DNA of 64,000 nucleotides from Octopus bimaculoides (GCF_001194135.2 NC_068981.1:89903460-89967459), one strand, 5' to 3'. Shown: positions 1 to 13,161, counted from the first letter of the stretch. Notes: generated by a model from the sequence alone, not told the origin. Made by a program: numbers and translations.

Positions 1-147
1 TTGCATGTGTTTAAGTAACTATGATTAATATTCATTATAATTATAATAGAAGATATTAAGGTTGGAATAGTCTTTCTATGTATGCAAATGAGTCTGAAGT
101 GTTGTGTGACTACATAAATGAATATTTAAATAGGTTTGTCTGTCTCA

Positions 148-205
<58 letters not shown>

Positions 206-228
206 CATGTGTGCGTGTGTGTGTGTCT

Positions 229-366
229 TGTAAGAAGTGTGCTTCTCAACCACATGCTTCCGGGTTCAGTCCCACTGCGTGGCACCTTCGGCAAGTGTCT
301 ACTACTTGCCGACCAAAAGCCTTGTGAGTGGATTTGGTAGACGGAGAACTGAAAGAAGCCCGTCGC

Positions 367-402
<36 letters not shown>

Positions 403-586
403 TTATGTGTTTCTGCATTTGTCCCCCTATCATTGCTTGCCAACCGATGTTGGTGTGTTTACGTACCCGTAAGCTAGCGGTTCGGCAAAAGCTACCGATA
501 GAACAAGTATTAGGCTTACAAAGAATAAGTCCTGGGGTCGATTTGTTCGACTAAAGGCGGTGCTCCAGCATGGCCGTAGTCAGATG
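229..586 (+). mobile_element. SINE family A (tRNA-derived head, CORE-like CCTTGGGCAAG motif, internal TA/TG microsatellite), 5'-truncated
   Basis: Shares GGTTCAGTCCCACTGCGTGGCACC, GCCTTGTGAGTGGATTTGGTAGACGG and GACTAAAGGCGGTGCTCCAGCATGGCC with copies at 44.5, 46.3, 56.9, 62.2 and 63.8 kb. Confidence 0.8.
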
Positions 587-1153
587 GTGCATCTTCAAAT
601 GAACGAATAAAGCTATGATCAAAAAGCGTTTTAGTAGTGATCTTGTTGTCTTTTATTCACTCGAAATATATCGTTTACGAGTATTTGACGAAAATGTGTG
701 CTACTTACATGATAAAGCGTGATTGTATTGATGATTTCGCCGCTATTTCTAGTTAGTCGACTGTGCCTACTTTTATTTCTTTGTTGTTATAGCTGTTGAT
801 TAGCCCGAGGTCATTCTTGATGGCCACGGCTACGTATCTAAGAGGTGAGGATGCGAGGCTGCAGTTCGACCATGGCGGCACTTTTGGACCTGATGTACAA
901 GCCTGTATAGTGGACTAAGCAAACTCTAGGGCTTCCCCGGCCGGCTCATTTTCTGGCTCGGCAAGGGATGGGCAGAATTATCATCAAAATATTCCAACCG
1001 TGACCATCCCATTTTTAATCTACAGCGTTATCTGTGACATATTTCTCGGTGTTTCTACGTTTTCTTCCTTTCTTTTAAAGATGTTTGTAATTTGCATCAC
1101 AAAGAAAGATATTTCAAAGAAAGATGTTTCTGATACGCATATATATATATATA

Positions 1154-1181
1154 CTAGCTGGTGTACCCGGTAATTCCTGGG
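1154..1181 (-). mobile_element. Probable Helitron 3' terminus (hairpin + CTAG)
   Basis: Hairpin CCCGG-TAATTC-CTGGG (1166-1181) lies 8 nt from CTAG (1154-1157), followed by T on the minus strand, inside a (TA)n run. Confidence 0.45.
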
Positions 1182-1776
1182 GGCAAAGATGTTCTATCGA
1201 AACGCCTTATTACTCTGATATAAGAAAGCATTTTGTTATAACTGCCACAAAAGGTGTATATTCAGTCACAAAAAAGTACAAAATACTGTCAGCTGGAGGA
1301 GGGAGAGATTGTCGGAGGTTGGTGAGAGAGTTTGTCGGAGGCTGGCGAGAGGCAGAGACATTATTCTGCTTAGCGAAGGCATCTGGGTAATGTTTAACTG
1401 TTGTCATTCACAGAAAAAAACTATTGTTTTACCGTGAGAAAAGCGTTGTTGAAGTGTTAAGTGAAATTTGGCAATCGAGGATCGAATCCACGCTATGCCT
1501 GCATGAAGCCACTACAAATACGTTGTAGAATAAAAAGTTTATCTACTGTCATGGAAAAGTGTAACTGTAAAAATGCAGAATTATCGGGATAATGGGCATT
1601 CCCAAAAGTGTGTATGCATAGAAATTTATGAATGAAGTCTTTATGGTTTAAGATTCAAATCAAGGAAGTACAATAATAATGTTTAGCAGTTCGAAACTGT
1701 GAGTAGGGAAATACAAAATTAGGTCGGCTGATCGTGAGAATCAAATATTGATCGCTTCGCTAAAATCTGCAGCTAG

Positions 1777-2196
1777 TATGGGTTATTACCCTTGGGTTGT
1801 TTAAATAAAATATTAGTATTATGTAGTAGATAGAAGGATCCATTGGAAGGCCCCTATTATCGATTTTTTTTCAACAATCTAAGTGTACCACGAGGTTTCC
1901 AGACATGAGTTCTATTCACATGTCAAATAAAGTAAAAAAGTGATATTGTCTGCAAAAATTAGAAATAGGACACACAAAAAAAATCAATATTCAAAGTAAC
2001 TAAACATAAACAATGAAATGGATTATTTCCCCTCAGTGTTTAAAAAATATTGTACAGATGCTATGGGTTATTTCCCTTGGGTGTTTAAAAAAATTATTAT
2101 ATGAGGTAGATATAAAGGTCCCTTCCAGGTGCCGTATTATCGATTTTTTTCAACAATCTAAGTATGTTACGAAGTTTCCAGACATGAGGTCTACTC
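1777..2196. repeat. Diverged direct repeats of about 135-140 bp (1777-1917, 2062-2196) plus a partial third copy (about 2018-2052)
   Basis: Both copies read TATGGGTTATT.CCCTTGGG...TATTATCGATTTTTTT(T)CAACAATCTAAGT...GTTTCCAGACATGAG. Confidence 0.75.
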
Positions 2197-3119
2197 TAGT
2201 GTCAAGTTTCATTAAAATCAATAAAACGATGTAGGATGAGTTAGCTAACAACGCCACAAACAAACACACTGATTTTCCACATATGTAGTAGATATATACA
2301 TGTATATATATGTATGTATATATACGTATGTGTATATATATATTTATATATATATATATANNNNNNNNNNNNNNNNNNNNNNNNNNNNNNNNNNNNNNNN
2401 NNNNNNNNNNNNNNNNNNNNNNNNNNNNNNNNNNNNNNNNNNNNNNNNNNNNNNNNNNNNNNNNNNNNNNNNNNNNNNNNNNNNNNNNNNNNNNNNNNNN
2501 NNNNNNNNNNNNNNNNNNNNNNNNNNNNNNNNNNNNNNNNNNNNNNNNNNNNNNNNNNNNNNNNNNNNNNNNNNNNNNNNNNNNNNNNNNNNNNNNNNNN
2601 NNNNNNNNNNNNNNNNNNNNNNNNNNNNNNNNNNNNNNNNNNNNNNNNNNNNNNNNNNNNNNNNNNNNNNNNNNNNNNNNNNNNNNNNNNNNNNNNNNNN
2701 NNNNNNNNNNNNNNNNNNNNNNNNNNNNNNNNNNNNNNNNNNNNNNNNNNNNNNNNNNNNNNNNNNNNNNNNNNNNNNNNNNNNNNNNNNNNNNNNNNNN
2801 NNNNNNNNNNNNNNNNNNNNNNNNNNNNNNNNNNNNNNNNNNNNNNNNNNNNNNNNNNNNNNNNNNNNNNNNNNNNNNNNNNNNNNNNNNNNNNNNNNNN
2901 NNNNNNNNNNNNNNNNNNNNNNNNNATTCATAAACACAAGAGTATTATTATAGTAGATTATCTTGGTAACCATGAATGCTATGAAAAAATACAATCCCCA
3001 GCAACACCACCGGATCATTCTACATGTCTGTGTAATTTTTCGCGCAATTCCACTCAGCCGTTTGACTGAGAATCCCAAGACAAAAAAATTTATATGTACA
3101 CACACACACACACGCGCGC

Positions 3120-3194
<75 letters not shown>

Positions 3195-3215
3195 TGCGTG
3201 TGTGTATGTGTGTGT

Positions 3216-3514
3216 GGAGGCGCAATGGCCCAGTGGTTAGGGCAGCAAAGTCGCGGTCGGAGGATCGCGGTTTCGATTCCCAGACCGGGCGTTGTGTGTT
3301 TATTGGGCGAAAACACCTAATGCTCTGGCAGGTGGGGGCGACCCCTGTAGTACTCTTTCGCCCCAACATTTTCTCACTCTTTTTTCCTGTTTCTTGAGTA
3401 AAGCTGCGATGGACTGGCATCCCCTCCAGCTGGCGGGGAGGAAACATACGCCATGGAAACCGGGAAACCGGGCCCATGAGCCTGGCTAGGCTTTAAAAAG
3501 GGCGCATAAATAAA
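3216..3514 (+). mobile_element. SINE with family-B tRNA-like head and an alternative 3' tail (T1)
   Basis: Head GGAGGCGCAATGGCCCAGTGGTTAGGGCAGC...GGTTTCGATTCCC matches the copies at 8.9 and 13.2 kb; tail CTGCGATGGACTGGCATCCC...GCCATGGAAACCGGGAAACCGG differs from theirs. Confidence 0.8.
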
Positions 3515-4061
3515 TTATATATATATATATNNNNNNNNNNNNNNNNNNNNNNNNNNNNNNNNNNNNNNNNNNNNNNNNNNNNNNNNNNNNNNNNNNNNNN
3601 NNNNNNNNNNNNNNNNNNNNNNNNNNNNNNNNNNNNNNNNNNNNNNNNNNNNNNNNNNNNNNNNNNNNNNNNNNNNNNNNNNNNNNNNNNNNNNNNNNNN
3701 NNNNNNNNNNNNNNNNNNNNNNNNNNNNNNNNNNNNNNNNNNNNNNNNNNNNNNNNNNNNNNNNNNNNNNNNNNNNNNNNNNNNNNNNNNNNNNNNNNNN
3801 NNNNNNNNNNNNNNNNNNNNNNNNNTATATATATTTACAGAAAGAGAGACAGAGAGGCTCAACAGATACACACACACTTTTATAAATTTGTGCGCGGTTA
3901 TATGCGCAAAAACATATCCATATGTGTGACCGTAGTTTTTATGGACTCGCATAGCTTGTTGAGTTGGCATGTGTACGCGTTGTATCTCCCACTCCGCAAA
4001 CGCGCGCGCGCGTGTGAATGAGTGAGTGACTGAGTGAGTGTGTGAACGAGTAGAAGTGCGT

Positions 4062-4140
4062 TGACGCTTATTTGCATTGTGAAAGCCATTTACTAGAAAG
4101 ATGAAGAATGTAAAGCGACAGAACTGTTAAATGACGTCAT
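4062..4140. promoter_or_regulatory. Candidate enhancer/promoter motif cluster (CRE half-site, octamer, full CRE palindrome)
   Basis: TGACG at 4062, ATTTGCAT at 4070-4077 and ATGACGTCAT at 4131-4140, in unique sequence with retained CpGs; motif evidence only. Confidence 0.25.
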
Positions 4141-4559
4141 ATCACGGTGTCTCGCTCACTCACCTTCTTTCTCTTCTTCTTTCTCTGTCACTCTGACTCT
4201 CCTCCTCTTCTCTCCCTCTCTCCCTCTTTCTCTCTGCCTCATCTGATGTAATGGTGACACTGCTAGTTCCTCATTTAAAAAACAAAAATCGTCTGCTAAG
4301 AGAAAGGACGGAGGATGGGGAGCGACAGATGACAGAATTCGGTGAAAAACATTCACAAAAGCAACACAAAACAAAACCAATGAAAAAGAATTGAGTAAAA
4401 CATTATGAAAATCGTTTAAATAATGACTTTCTTTTTATAGGCACAAGGCCAGAAATTTTAGAAGGAACCAACAGTTAGCTGTGTTATCGACCAGACCCAG
4501 TACTTGACTGATGCTTTAATTTTTCGTTCCTCGAAAAGACCTCAGTAGGATGTTACATC

Positions 4560-5010
4560 TGTTGTTCTGGTTGTTCTTTAACCCCCAGGTCAGCTATGAT
4601 CCGAGCAAACCTATCCATTGTGGGGGATTTTATTGAGACATAGTATCTATGTGAGACAACATTATTCGATGCGTACTTTTAATAAGACACTCGACTGTGG
4701 TTTGAGGTTGATTTTACTGCTTTGTGTAACAGGTCTAGGCTCCTTCTTTGTTGATGTTTGCAGTGTTGACCCAGTGCTGACCCAACAGACCTATGTTCAA
4801 AGATGTTCCAGTCGTGGCCATCCCCACATTTGAAATTCTGACTGTATTTCAGACTACATTATCTGATACCACTTCTTCTAAAGTTAAAGTGAACCTTGAG
4901 GGGGTATTTAGTTAAGACTCCTACTGTTGGTATCGTATTTAGTCTCACGTCGGTCTTAACCTAACAGACTTATTATGAAAGACCATTGCAGTTATGACCA
5001 TTCCGTTTTT
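4560..5010 (-). mobile_element. Fragments of SINE-like family E (AAC tail), antisense
   Basis: Several pieces resemble TTGTT..TTTAACCCCAGGTCAG...GACCTATG..CAAAG..GTTCCAG.C.TG.CCATCCC. Confidence 0.45.
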
Positions 5011-5346
5011 TTTTTATTATTATTATTCTGACAGTGTGTGTATGTATATCTGTAGTGTAATCTACATGACATACGCGCTCTAACATGACTACGTCTTCCA
5101 GTGCGTACTTTTTACAAAAGACTATAAAGTGTAATTTGAAAATGATATTTTGACTGCTATTTCTAGCTTGTCACCAATCCTCTTTTGATACAGATGCTGC
5201 TGGTTGTAGAGAGGGGAGAGGTTGATAAGATAGTTCTTCTTTCTTTTTTTTTTTCGTTTTCTTTCTCTCTTTTTCGATATAATGGTGGAAGCGATCTACT
5301 TGCAAAACAGTTGTAAATAACGATATGATACGCAAGAGATCGAAAC

Positions 5347-5383
5347 ACTACTACTATTACTACTACTACTACTACTACTACTG

Positions 5384-5438
<55 letters not shown>

Positions 5439-5440
5439 TA
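5347..5440. repeat. (ACT)n/(AAT)n microsatellite
   Basis: Direct reading. Confidence 0.9.
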
Positions 5441-5544
5441 AATTGTGAGGAGTTTTCACTGCTAATGCACAAGTAACGCTAACCTTCAATGACTGCTGCT
5501 GCTATTACTACTATTACTATCACTATTATACAACTAACTCCTAC

Positions 5545-6275
5545 CATTATACGACCCAGTGAAGAAGCCTCTACGGAGTCACTTGATCTGCTAGATATAG
5601 CAACTAAAACCTACCTCAAATTAAACCCTGCGGTCTTAAAAATATGGTGACGTACACATTAGATAATGTAATCCCAAGCACCCTTAAAAGATAACCATGG
5701 TTGGAATGCCTTTTGTCATGAGTTTAATCAATCAAGATTGACTAGGGTTAAACAACAGCAACAACTACTACTACCATTACTATTACTTGAGCCAAAGAGA
5801 GAAATTTAAGTAGTTCCACGATCAACAAGAAATAGCAGTCAAATCCCCCTCAAATTACAACCTATAGATTTTAATTAAAATTGAATTTTACAGACATAAC
5901 AGACTGGATATGAAGATTAATATAATTCTGAATATGCAAAATAAAGATGGAAAGATTAGGCAGAGTATGTGTTTTGTCATAGCTCTTCTCAATCTTTACT
6001 GACCTAGGGCTAAACAACAACAACAATTACAGCAACGCTATTATTACAACGAAACACAGCTAAAGAACAGCCGCTACTATTACATCTATTGATTTTTAAC
6101 ATAGGCACATGTAAGGTTATATAGTTCATTAGTACAGATATATATACAAAAATACATATGTGTACATGTGTGTATGCATACACTCACACACGCGCGCGCG
6201 CGCATACTCATACACACTCACACGTGGAGAGAGATGTTTAGACAGATAGACATAGACAGACAGGCAGACAGACAA

Positions 6276-6345
<70 letters not shown>

Positions 6346-6660
6346 GCATACATACATATATACATACATACATACATACATACATACATACATACATTAT
6401 GGAAAATTGAAATACACCCTTAACTTATTCTATTGCCATTTAGCAACAGAGGAAGCGTCTAAGTAATCGGTTGGTTCAATAGAAATAGCAACCAAATCTC
6501 TTTCAAATCGCACCCTGCTGTTTTAAACAAGGCAAAATCATTGGATAACGTAGTACTATGTATTCCTTAAAATTATGGGAAAAACGGGTACGGTTATGAT
6601 ACCATCGGTCAGAGCTTCTAATCAGGGGTAACCTGGAGTTGCATAACATTAACAACCATA
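5545..6660 (+). mobile_element. Cluster of three diverged family-E copies in the same orientation (about 5545-5765, 5790-6030, 6430-6660)
   Basis: Each has AAATAGCA.C.AAAT.TC..TCAAAT..CA.CCT and ends in G..GAC.(T)AGGG.TAAACAACAAC or a variant. Confidence 0.55.
6242..6396. repeat. (GACA)/(GATA)n/(CATA)n tetranucleotide microsatellite
   Basis: Direct reading. Confidence 0.9.
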
Positions 6661-7069
6661 CTACCACAAGGGTAGTATTGATAATGATGATGGTGGCGGC
6701 GGCGGTGGCGGTGGCGGTGGCGGTGGTGGTGGCTGTGGTGGTGGTGAAAATGACGGTTGGTGTTGTTACAGCTGTTGTCTTCGTCGAACGTTGTAAATAA
6801 AATTTGGAAATATAAATTACATGGTAGGAAAGATATTGTACATTTGTGAGAAATGAAAGTAGGATATCGTTATTAAATCGAACAATACGATATTAGGAAT
6901 GGACAACTACGAACATTTATAAATGTCTACGGAAAACTATGGATGACCATAAATGTAAACACATTGAATATAGTAGTACTAAGCTGTGTAGTGGAGTTCA
7001 GAAATTTAGTGATCTACATGGAATATTTTGAATATATTCAGAACCGAATAAGTGGGTGATGGATTGGTT

Positions 7070-7265
7070 GGCAGAGCATCGCAGGAAATTTTTCACTGGA
7101 TTTAGTAACGTTCTGTTAAGTATTCTGAGTTCGAATTCCGCCGAGGTCGGCTTCTTCTTTCATCCTCTGGCGGGTCGATAAAAATAAAGTAACAGTACAA
7201 CACTGGAAGCAATTCAAATAACGACGATTCCTTTTCTTAAATTTGAATCCCTGTACGTTAGAATT
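7070..7265 (+). mobile_element. SINE family C, diverged
   Basis: TTCTGAGTTCGAATTCCGCCGAGGTCG..TT..CTTTCATCCT...GGGTCGATAAAA..AAGTA core shared with copies at 38.7, 40.9, 47.6, 48.2, 54.3 and 59.6 kb. Confidence 0.6.
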
Positions 7266-7343
7266 TAATATACTCTGAAAATTATGAATCAATGTTGCTA
7301 ACAGATTGCATTCATGTCTCCGCACAAAATGCATGCATGCATG

Positions 7344-7410
7344 CACACACGAACGCACACACGAACGCACACACGAACGCACACACGAACGCACACACGA
7401 ACGCACACAC
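7344..7410. repeat. 12-bp minisatellite (ACACACGAACGC) x about 5
   Basis: Direct reading. Confidence 0.85.
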
Positions 7411-7504
7411 ATGTATGCCTGCAAACATATACAAATGAATATGTACGCATACATACATACACGTATGAGAAAGAGAGATGGAGACAGAGAGGGGGCAGGA
7501 AGTT

Positions 7505-7507
<3 letters not shown>

Positions 7508-7578
<71 letters not shown>

Positions 7579-7663
7579 GAAGGAAGAAAGGAAGAAAGAA
7601 AGAAAGAAAGGAAGAAAGGAAGGACGGAAGGAAGGAAGGAAGGAAGGAAGANNNNNNNNNNTT

Positions 7664-7738
<75 letters not shown>

Positions 7739-7745
7739 AAAAGAC
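7508..7745. repeat. (AAAG)n/(AAGG)n purine microsatellite spanning a short N-gap
   Basis: Direct reading. Confidence 0.95.
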
Positions 7746-8032
7746 AGACAGGAAAACAGACAGAAACTGAGAAACACAAGATTCAGGTCTTGTTCTGAAA
7801 GTATTTTGTATAATTAGTTTGCCTCCTCCAGGAATTATAGATTAAAATTTTTTTTTTAGTAAAGCAAAACAACAACAACAACGAAAAAAAACGCTCTTGT
7901 ATAGAACTAATTAATTCATATACGCTTTGGTGTATTACGTAATTTCCATCGTATACTTTTTCAAATATACACAAGCAGATGATCTATTCCGAATTTATAC
8001 ACAAGAGCTCACACACGCACACACGCACACAT

Positions 8033-8073
<41 letters not shown>

Positions 8074-8114
8074 ATTGAGTATGTCTGTGAGTGTATGTAC
8101 GTACGCGTATATAA

Positions 8115-8153
<39 letters not shown>

Positions 8154-8946
8154 CATTTCGGTAGGTTGGTTTAATATGTTCTACTATAGCCCAAAATCGA
8201 CCAATGCCTTGTGAGTGAATTTGGTTGACGGGAATTGTGTGGAAGCCTGTCGCATGGTTGTGTGTGTGTATGTGTGTGTGTTTCGTGGGTGGGGTAACAT
8301 AGAGACAAAATGGGTTATCTTTATGAAAAGCTACTTTTCTTTTTTACAAATTCGTTATCCTGCTGTAAATATTCATTGGCAATCACATTTTTCTAAGTTT
8401 TGCAAAAATACTGGGTTATAATAACTCTCTTATGAAATTTATGCATAACTACGAAAATTAATATACTATTCTTATTTATGACATCATCAACGTGTTAAAT
8501 AATAAGGAATTTTCAACAAAAGATAAATAAATAAAGATCAAATATTCTCACCCGACCTACTCTTTTCATTTTCTGAACTATGCTTGGTTCCGAAGATACA
8601 GCGATGATAGAAAACTAAAGAAATTGAAATTTGAGTAACATCATGTTCCACATGTATGTTATAATCCCATTATTAAGAGCAATGCTAGAGATCGGTTTTC
8701 TTGTAGAATGAGTTACTTGTGGACCGATCTAACTATCAACAGTTCAAGATTCTTGAACCGAGATAAATGGTAATAAAGCATATTGTGTAAAGCAAGTTAT
8801 GTAATCTCACATTATATTAAGTAACATATGGTGTGTAAATAAATTCCCCAGCTGCTGAAACGTACGTAGCATGAATTGAACAAAAATGACTATCTATTCA
8901 TCTACATTTATATATGTGTATGTGTGTGTGTATCTGTATATACACA

Positions 8947-9333
8947 TTGTTGTTGGCACTCCGTCGCTCACGACGTCGAGGGTTCCAGTTGATCCGATCA
9001 ACAGAACAGCCTGCTCGTGAAATTAACGTGCAAGTGACTGAGCACTCCACAGACACGTGTACCCTTAACGTAGTTCTTGGGGATATTCAGCGTGACACAG
9101 AGTGTGACAAGGCTGACCCTTTGAATTACAGGCACAACAGAAACGGGAAGTAAGAGTGAGAGAAAGTTGTGGTGGAAGAGTACAGCAGGGTTCGCCACCA
9201 TTTCCTGTCGGAGCCTCGTGGAGCTTTAGGTGTTTTCGCTCAATAAACACTCACAACGCCCAGTCTGGGAATCGAAACCGCGATCCTATGACCGCAAGTC
9301 CGCTGCCATAACCACTGGGCCATTGCGCCTCCA
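8947..9333 (-). mobile_element. SINE family B, full length, with 13-bp TSD
   Basis: Reverse complement of 13223-13610; CTGTATATACACA at 8934-8946 and 9334-9346. Confidence 0.92.
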
Positions 9334-10010
9334 CTGTATATACACATATACACACATAAAAAAGTAAAAGACTGAGAGAGTGTGGAGGATAAAACTCCAA
9401 ATTCTGGAAGATATTCCATTTATACTGAATGCCTCCATCCTTTCTGTACAAGCTCCACACTATGTATAATGATTATCCTTCTTTATAACAATCATCATCA
9501 TCAAGTAATTTTTTTCTCTCACGGAATTCCTGTGACCATATTTGAGAGTTAGACGTATAACGGCCTATTTTAGTGCGGGTGTCTGCATGTATGTATGTGA
9601 GCGCGAATGAGAAAGAGGGTGGAAAGAAAGAGGGAAGAGTAGAAAAGAGGAGCGGAGACGGTAAGACAGAGAGACAGGGAATTCCTTCTTTTCATCCTGA
9701 TGAATTGTATTAAGCTTCATATGATTATATAAAACCTTCTTGCTGTCGATGTGACTGACGCTCTTATTGTTGTTGTTGTTACTACTGTTGTTACCGTTGT
9801 TTAGCTCCAGGATAGCTTGATCGAGCAGACCAAAGACCAAATGTATTCCAGTCTTTATTGCCCAACCTTTTATTCAAATTAAATGCATTTAGGACTGCAT
9901 TATGCAATGAGTCCTTTTTAAAAGAGATTGTAGAGTGTGACTGGAGGAAGATTTCGCTACTGTTGCCAGAAAGTAATACAACCGAGTACAGGCATTCTCA
10001 CTACTGTTGT

Positions 10011-10146
10011 TAGCGGTGGCGGTGGTGGTGATAGTGGTGGTGGTGGTGGTTTTGGTGGTGGTGGTAGATTTGATGGTGGTGGTGGATTTGGTGGTGGTGG
10101 TGGTGGTGGTGGTTGTCGTCGTCATCGTCGTCATCGTCGTCGTCGT
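10011..10146. repeat. (GGT)n then (CGT/CAT)n trinucleotide repeats
   Basis: Direct reading; source of the poly-Gly, poly-Thr and poly-Val ORFs. Confidence 0.85.
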
Positions 10147-10440
10147 CTTCGAGCTGAAAACTCACCTACTCACCCAACACACCCCTAACTAAGCATTCAC
10201 GCCATGACCGTCTCGTATTTTTTTTTTGTACGTCGGTAGTATTAGATTAGTATTGGATTTAACTGGGCTTCGGCTATTAATTCTATCAGATCGAGAAGCC
10301 ACATGCAATCTTCTCTAAACAGCAAGTGACCAACACAAGCTTCGTACAAATGCAGTTAGCATTCCGTTGTCAGAAATTTTGAAATTCGAAAAGCTTTAAA
10401 TTTTAAAATTCGAAAATCTTCAAGCTGCAAATATATGTAA

Positions 10441-10651
10441 AAGCGCAGGTGTGGCTTTCTAGCAAGAAGTTTGTCTTCCCAACAATTGTGTGGTACCTTG
10501 GGCATGTGCCCACTGCTATAACGCCAGCCCGACCAAGCCTTGTTAGCAGATTTGATAGACGGTAACTGGTAAAAGTATGTCAAATGTGTGTGTATGTGTG
10601 TGTGCGCATGTGCGTTTTTGTGTGTGTATGAGAGAGAGAGAGAGGAAGGAT

Positions 10652-10684
<33 letters not shown>

Positions 10685-10865
10685 GTGTCCTGCACCACCG
10701 CTTGACACCTCGTGGTTGGTTTGTTTACGTCTCTGTAACTTAGCGGCTCGACAAAAGAAGCGAAGGAATAAGTACCAGGCTTTAAAAAACTTAAGTAGTA
10801 AGGTCGATTTATTTGACTAAACTCAAAAAGGTAGCGCTCCAACATGGGCGCAGATCAATGATTAG
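10441..10865 (+). mobile_element. SINE family A, old and diverged
   Basis: GCGCAGGTGTGGCT...CCTTGGGCA...CCGACCAAGCCTTG, then TG microsatellite, then GTTTACGTC.CTGTAACTTAGCGG...GAATAAGTAC. Confidence 0.65.
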
Positions 10866-11173
10866 TTATCGTTTGCCCTTTTTGTTTTTATTAATCGTAT
10901 CTGCTTTTTAGCAAAAACCTTAACAGTTTTTCTCAAGATGCTCAAGTAACAATATAGAATTAGTATAGATTTCCTGAAGTCTTGAATTAAATTGCAGAAA
11001 ACCTAAGGCTCAAGTTACTCTTTGCAGCTCACTATTGTTCCTTGGTGGACCATTTAGAAACCATTACTTTTACCCTTTGCCTGTCCTGTGTATACACAGG
11101 AATATTACCCTGGCTTCATGCATCACATATGATACACATATCCATTTTTTTCAACCACCACAGTAACTTGGAA

Positions 11174-11306
11174 CTTATGTAAGGAAAGCTTTATGTAAGG
11201 AAAGCTTTATGTAAGGAAAGCTTTATGTAAGGAAAGCTTTATGTAAGGAAAGCTTTATGTAAGGAAAGCTTTATGTAAGGAAAGCTCTATGTAAGGAAAG
11301 CTTTAT
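11174..11306. repeat. 16-bp minisatellite (CTTTATGTAAGGAAAG) x 8 plus a partial unit
   Basis: Direct reading; one unit has CTCT for CTTT, and the first unit is 15 bp. Confidence 0.95.
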
Positions 11307-12349
11307 AATTTTTAGAACATTTAAAACAAGGCCTGGCAAAAACCATGGACGTTAAGGACAAAATTAGGAAAATGCTTTGGACAGGTAAAGGGGTTAAGTA
11401 ATTGCTTGTTCTGTGAATTGTCTCGGCTTAAATGCCTTAATCATACATTAGTTCGACTTGTTGCTAAAAAGAAAACAGAAACAGCAACAATAGTTACAGC
11501 AGCGTTATTGATGCTGACATATAGATTAAAAATAAAGCATACTCCGCACAAAAAAGGACACCAGTGCATTTACAATTTCGTAAGCTCTAAATAATATGCT
11601 CAGACAGACATATACTGAAATACCCATAAGCACACACATTCGGGACTCCACACGGGTACAAACACAGACACACAAATACATAGGCACAGAAACATGTAAA
11701 TACGCAAACATATAGTCACAAACACTCACGCATGTACACACAAACGCATATATTGGAAAACATCCTATAATCAATAATGATCTCAAGCCACAAATATTGA
11801 TGAGAGCGGTCATAGTCGATTCATCGATCTTCTGAATCTGATAAGCACTTTATAATTATTGAATCCGAACGGGACAGATAAATATAAGATTTGAACTCAG
11901 AACATGAAGAGCCATAACTAAGGAGAAAAATACATTTTGTTCGACGATCTAGTTATAGTCCATAGCAGAACATTGAATTAATAATAAAACTTTTCATTCT
12001 GAGCACAGGCATAGCAACTCGTACCACAATATTGTTTTCACCATAGCTTCGGATTGATCATTAATTTGTAACTGAATTTTGGTAGACAAGACAGTGCTGA
12101 AGTCCGTCGTTTGTGTGTATATATCTTTTTAAAGAAATTATAATCTATTTTTTAAAATTATTGATAAAATATACTGTCACAAACCTTTAGGGAAGAAGAT
12201 TTTGTATAGTGTATATTTTGTGTGTTAGCGCTTTCGTTCTTCAACTTTTCAAACGCACCAGTCATCAATAGATCGATGTTTTATTCAATAATCAGTCTTT
12301 AAGTGTTTCCATAAAATAGAGTCGACAATAATAATTATTATTACTTTTG

Positions 12350-12530
12350 CTTAACTCTTTCCAATTTGAGCACAAGAGCAGCTTTTAGGGACGAGGCAAG
12401 TCGATTACATTGACCTCAATGCTGAAATGGTACTTATTCAGCAACATCTGAATTCATAACGTAAAGAGCCGAAAGAAATGCTGTTAAGCATTTTGTCTGG
12501 CATGCTAACGATTCTGCCTGTTCGCAGCAT
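12350..12530 (-). mobile_element. SINE family C, diverged
   Basis: AATTTGAGCACAAG...AAGTCGATTACATTGACC...GGTACTTATT...TGTTAAGCATTTTGTCTGGCATGCTAACGATTCTGCC. Confidence 0.55.
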
Positions 12531-13056
12531 TACGTTAAAGTACTTTCACTAATAAACAATATTAAATATTTCTATTTGCATCGATAAACTAGATAAATCA
12601 GGCTTCTAAATATTCTATCCAAATTTCTTCTGTTGGACATAGAAGTGAAATTATAACATAATTTAGTATATAACATTTAAGAATTTTATAGTGGGTGACC
12701 TTGTATTGCTACATACTGTCATTAAAAGTTAGCTGTGTGTTAAACCAGATAATTATATTCCCTGATTCTGCACCGCATTACGAATCAATGAAGGAGCATA
12801 TATGCATTGTGCGATCTGCTAGACATAGCATCTCAATTACCTTGAAACCGCACTCTACCGTTTTGGATAAAGAAGCATGAATTAAAAACAACATGCCTCT
12901 AGAAGCAATAGAGATTGTGCTGTCACATCTGGAGCTCCTTTGATACTGTTCTTTTACTTACAGGTTTTCATTATATTCTAGCGTTAAAAAAATTATCCCG
13001 TGTGTGTGTGAGAGAGAGGGGGTGAATGTGTGTGTGAGAGAGAGAAGGGGAGGATA

Positions 13057-13161
<105 letters not shown>

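Noticed and set aside
9937-10188. Glycine-rich ORF resembling a structural or RNA-binding protein
   Set aside because: Pure (GGT)n/(CGT)n repeat, open in several frames, with no convincing start or splice context
11174-11306. Possible CRISPR-like array
   Set aside because: Contiguous 16-bp units without unique spacers, in a eukaryotic context
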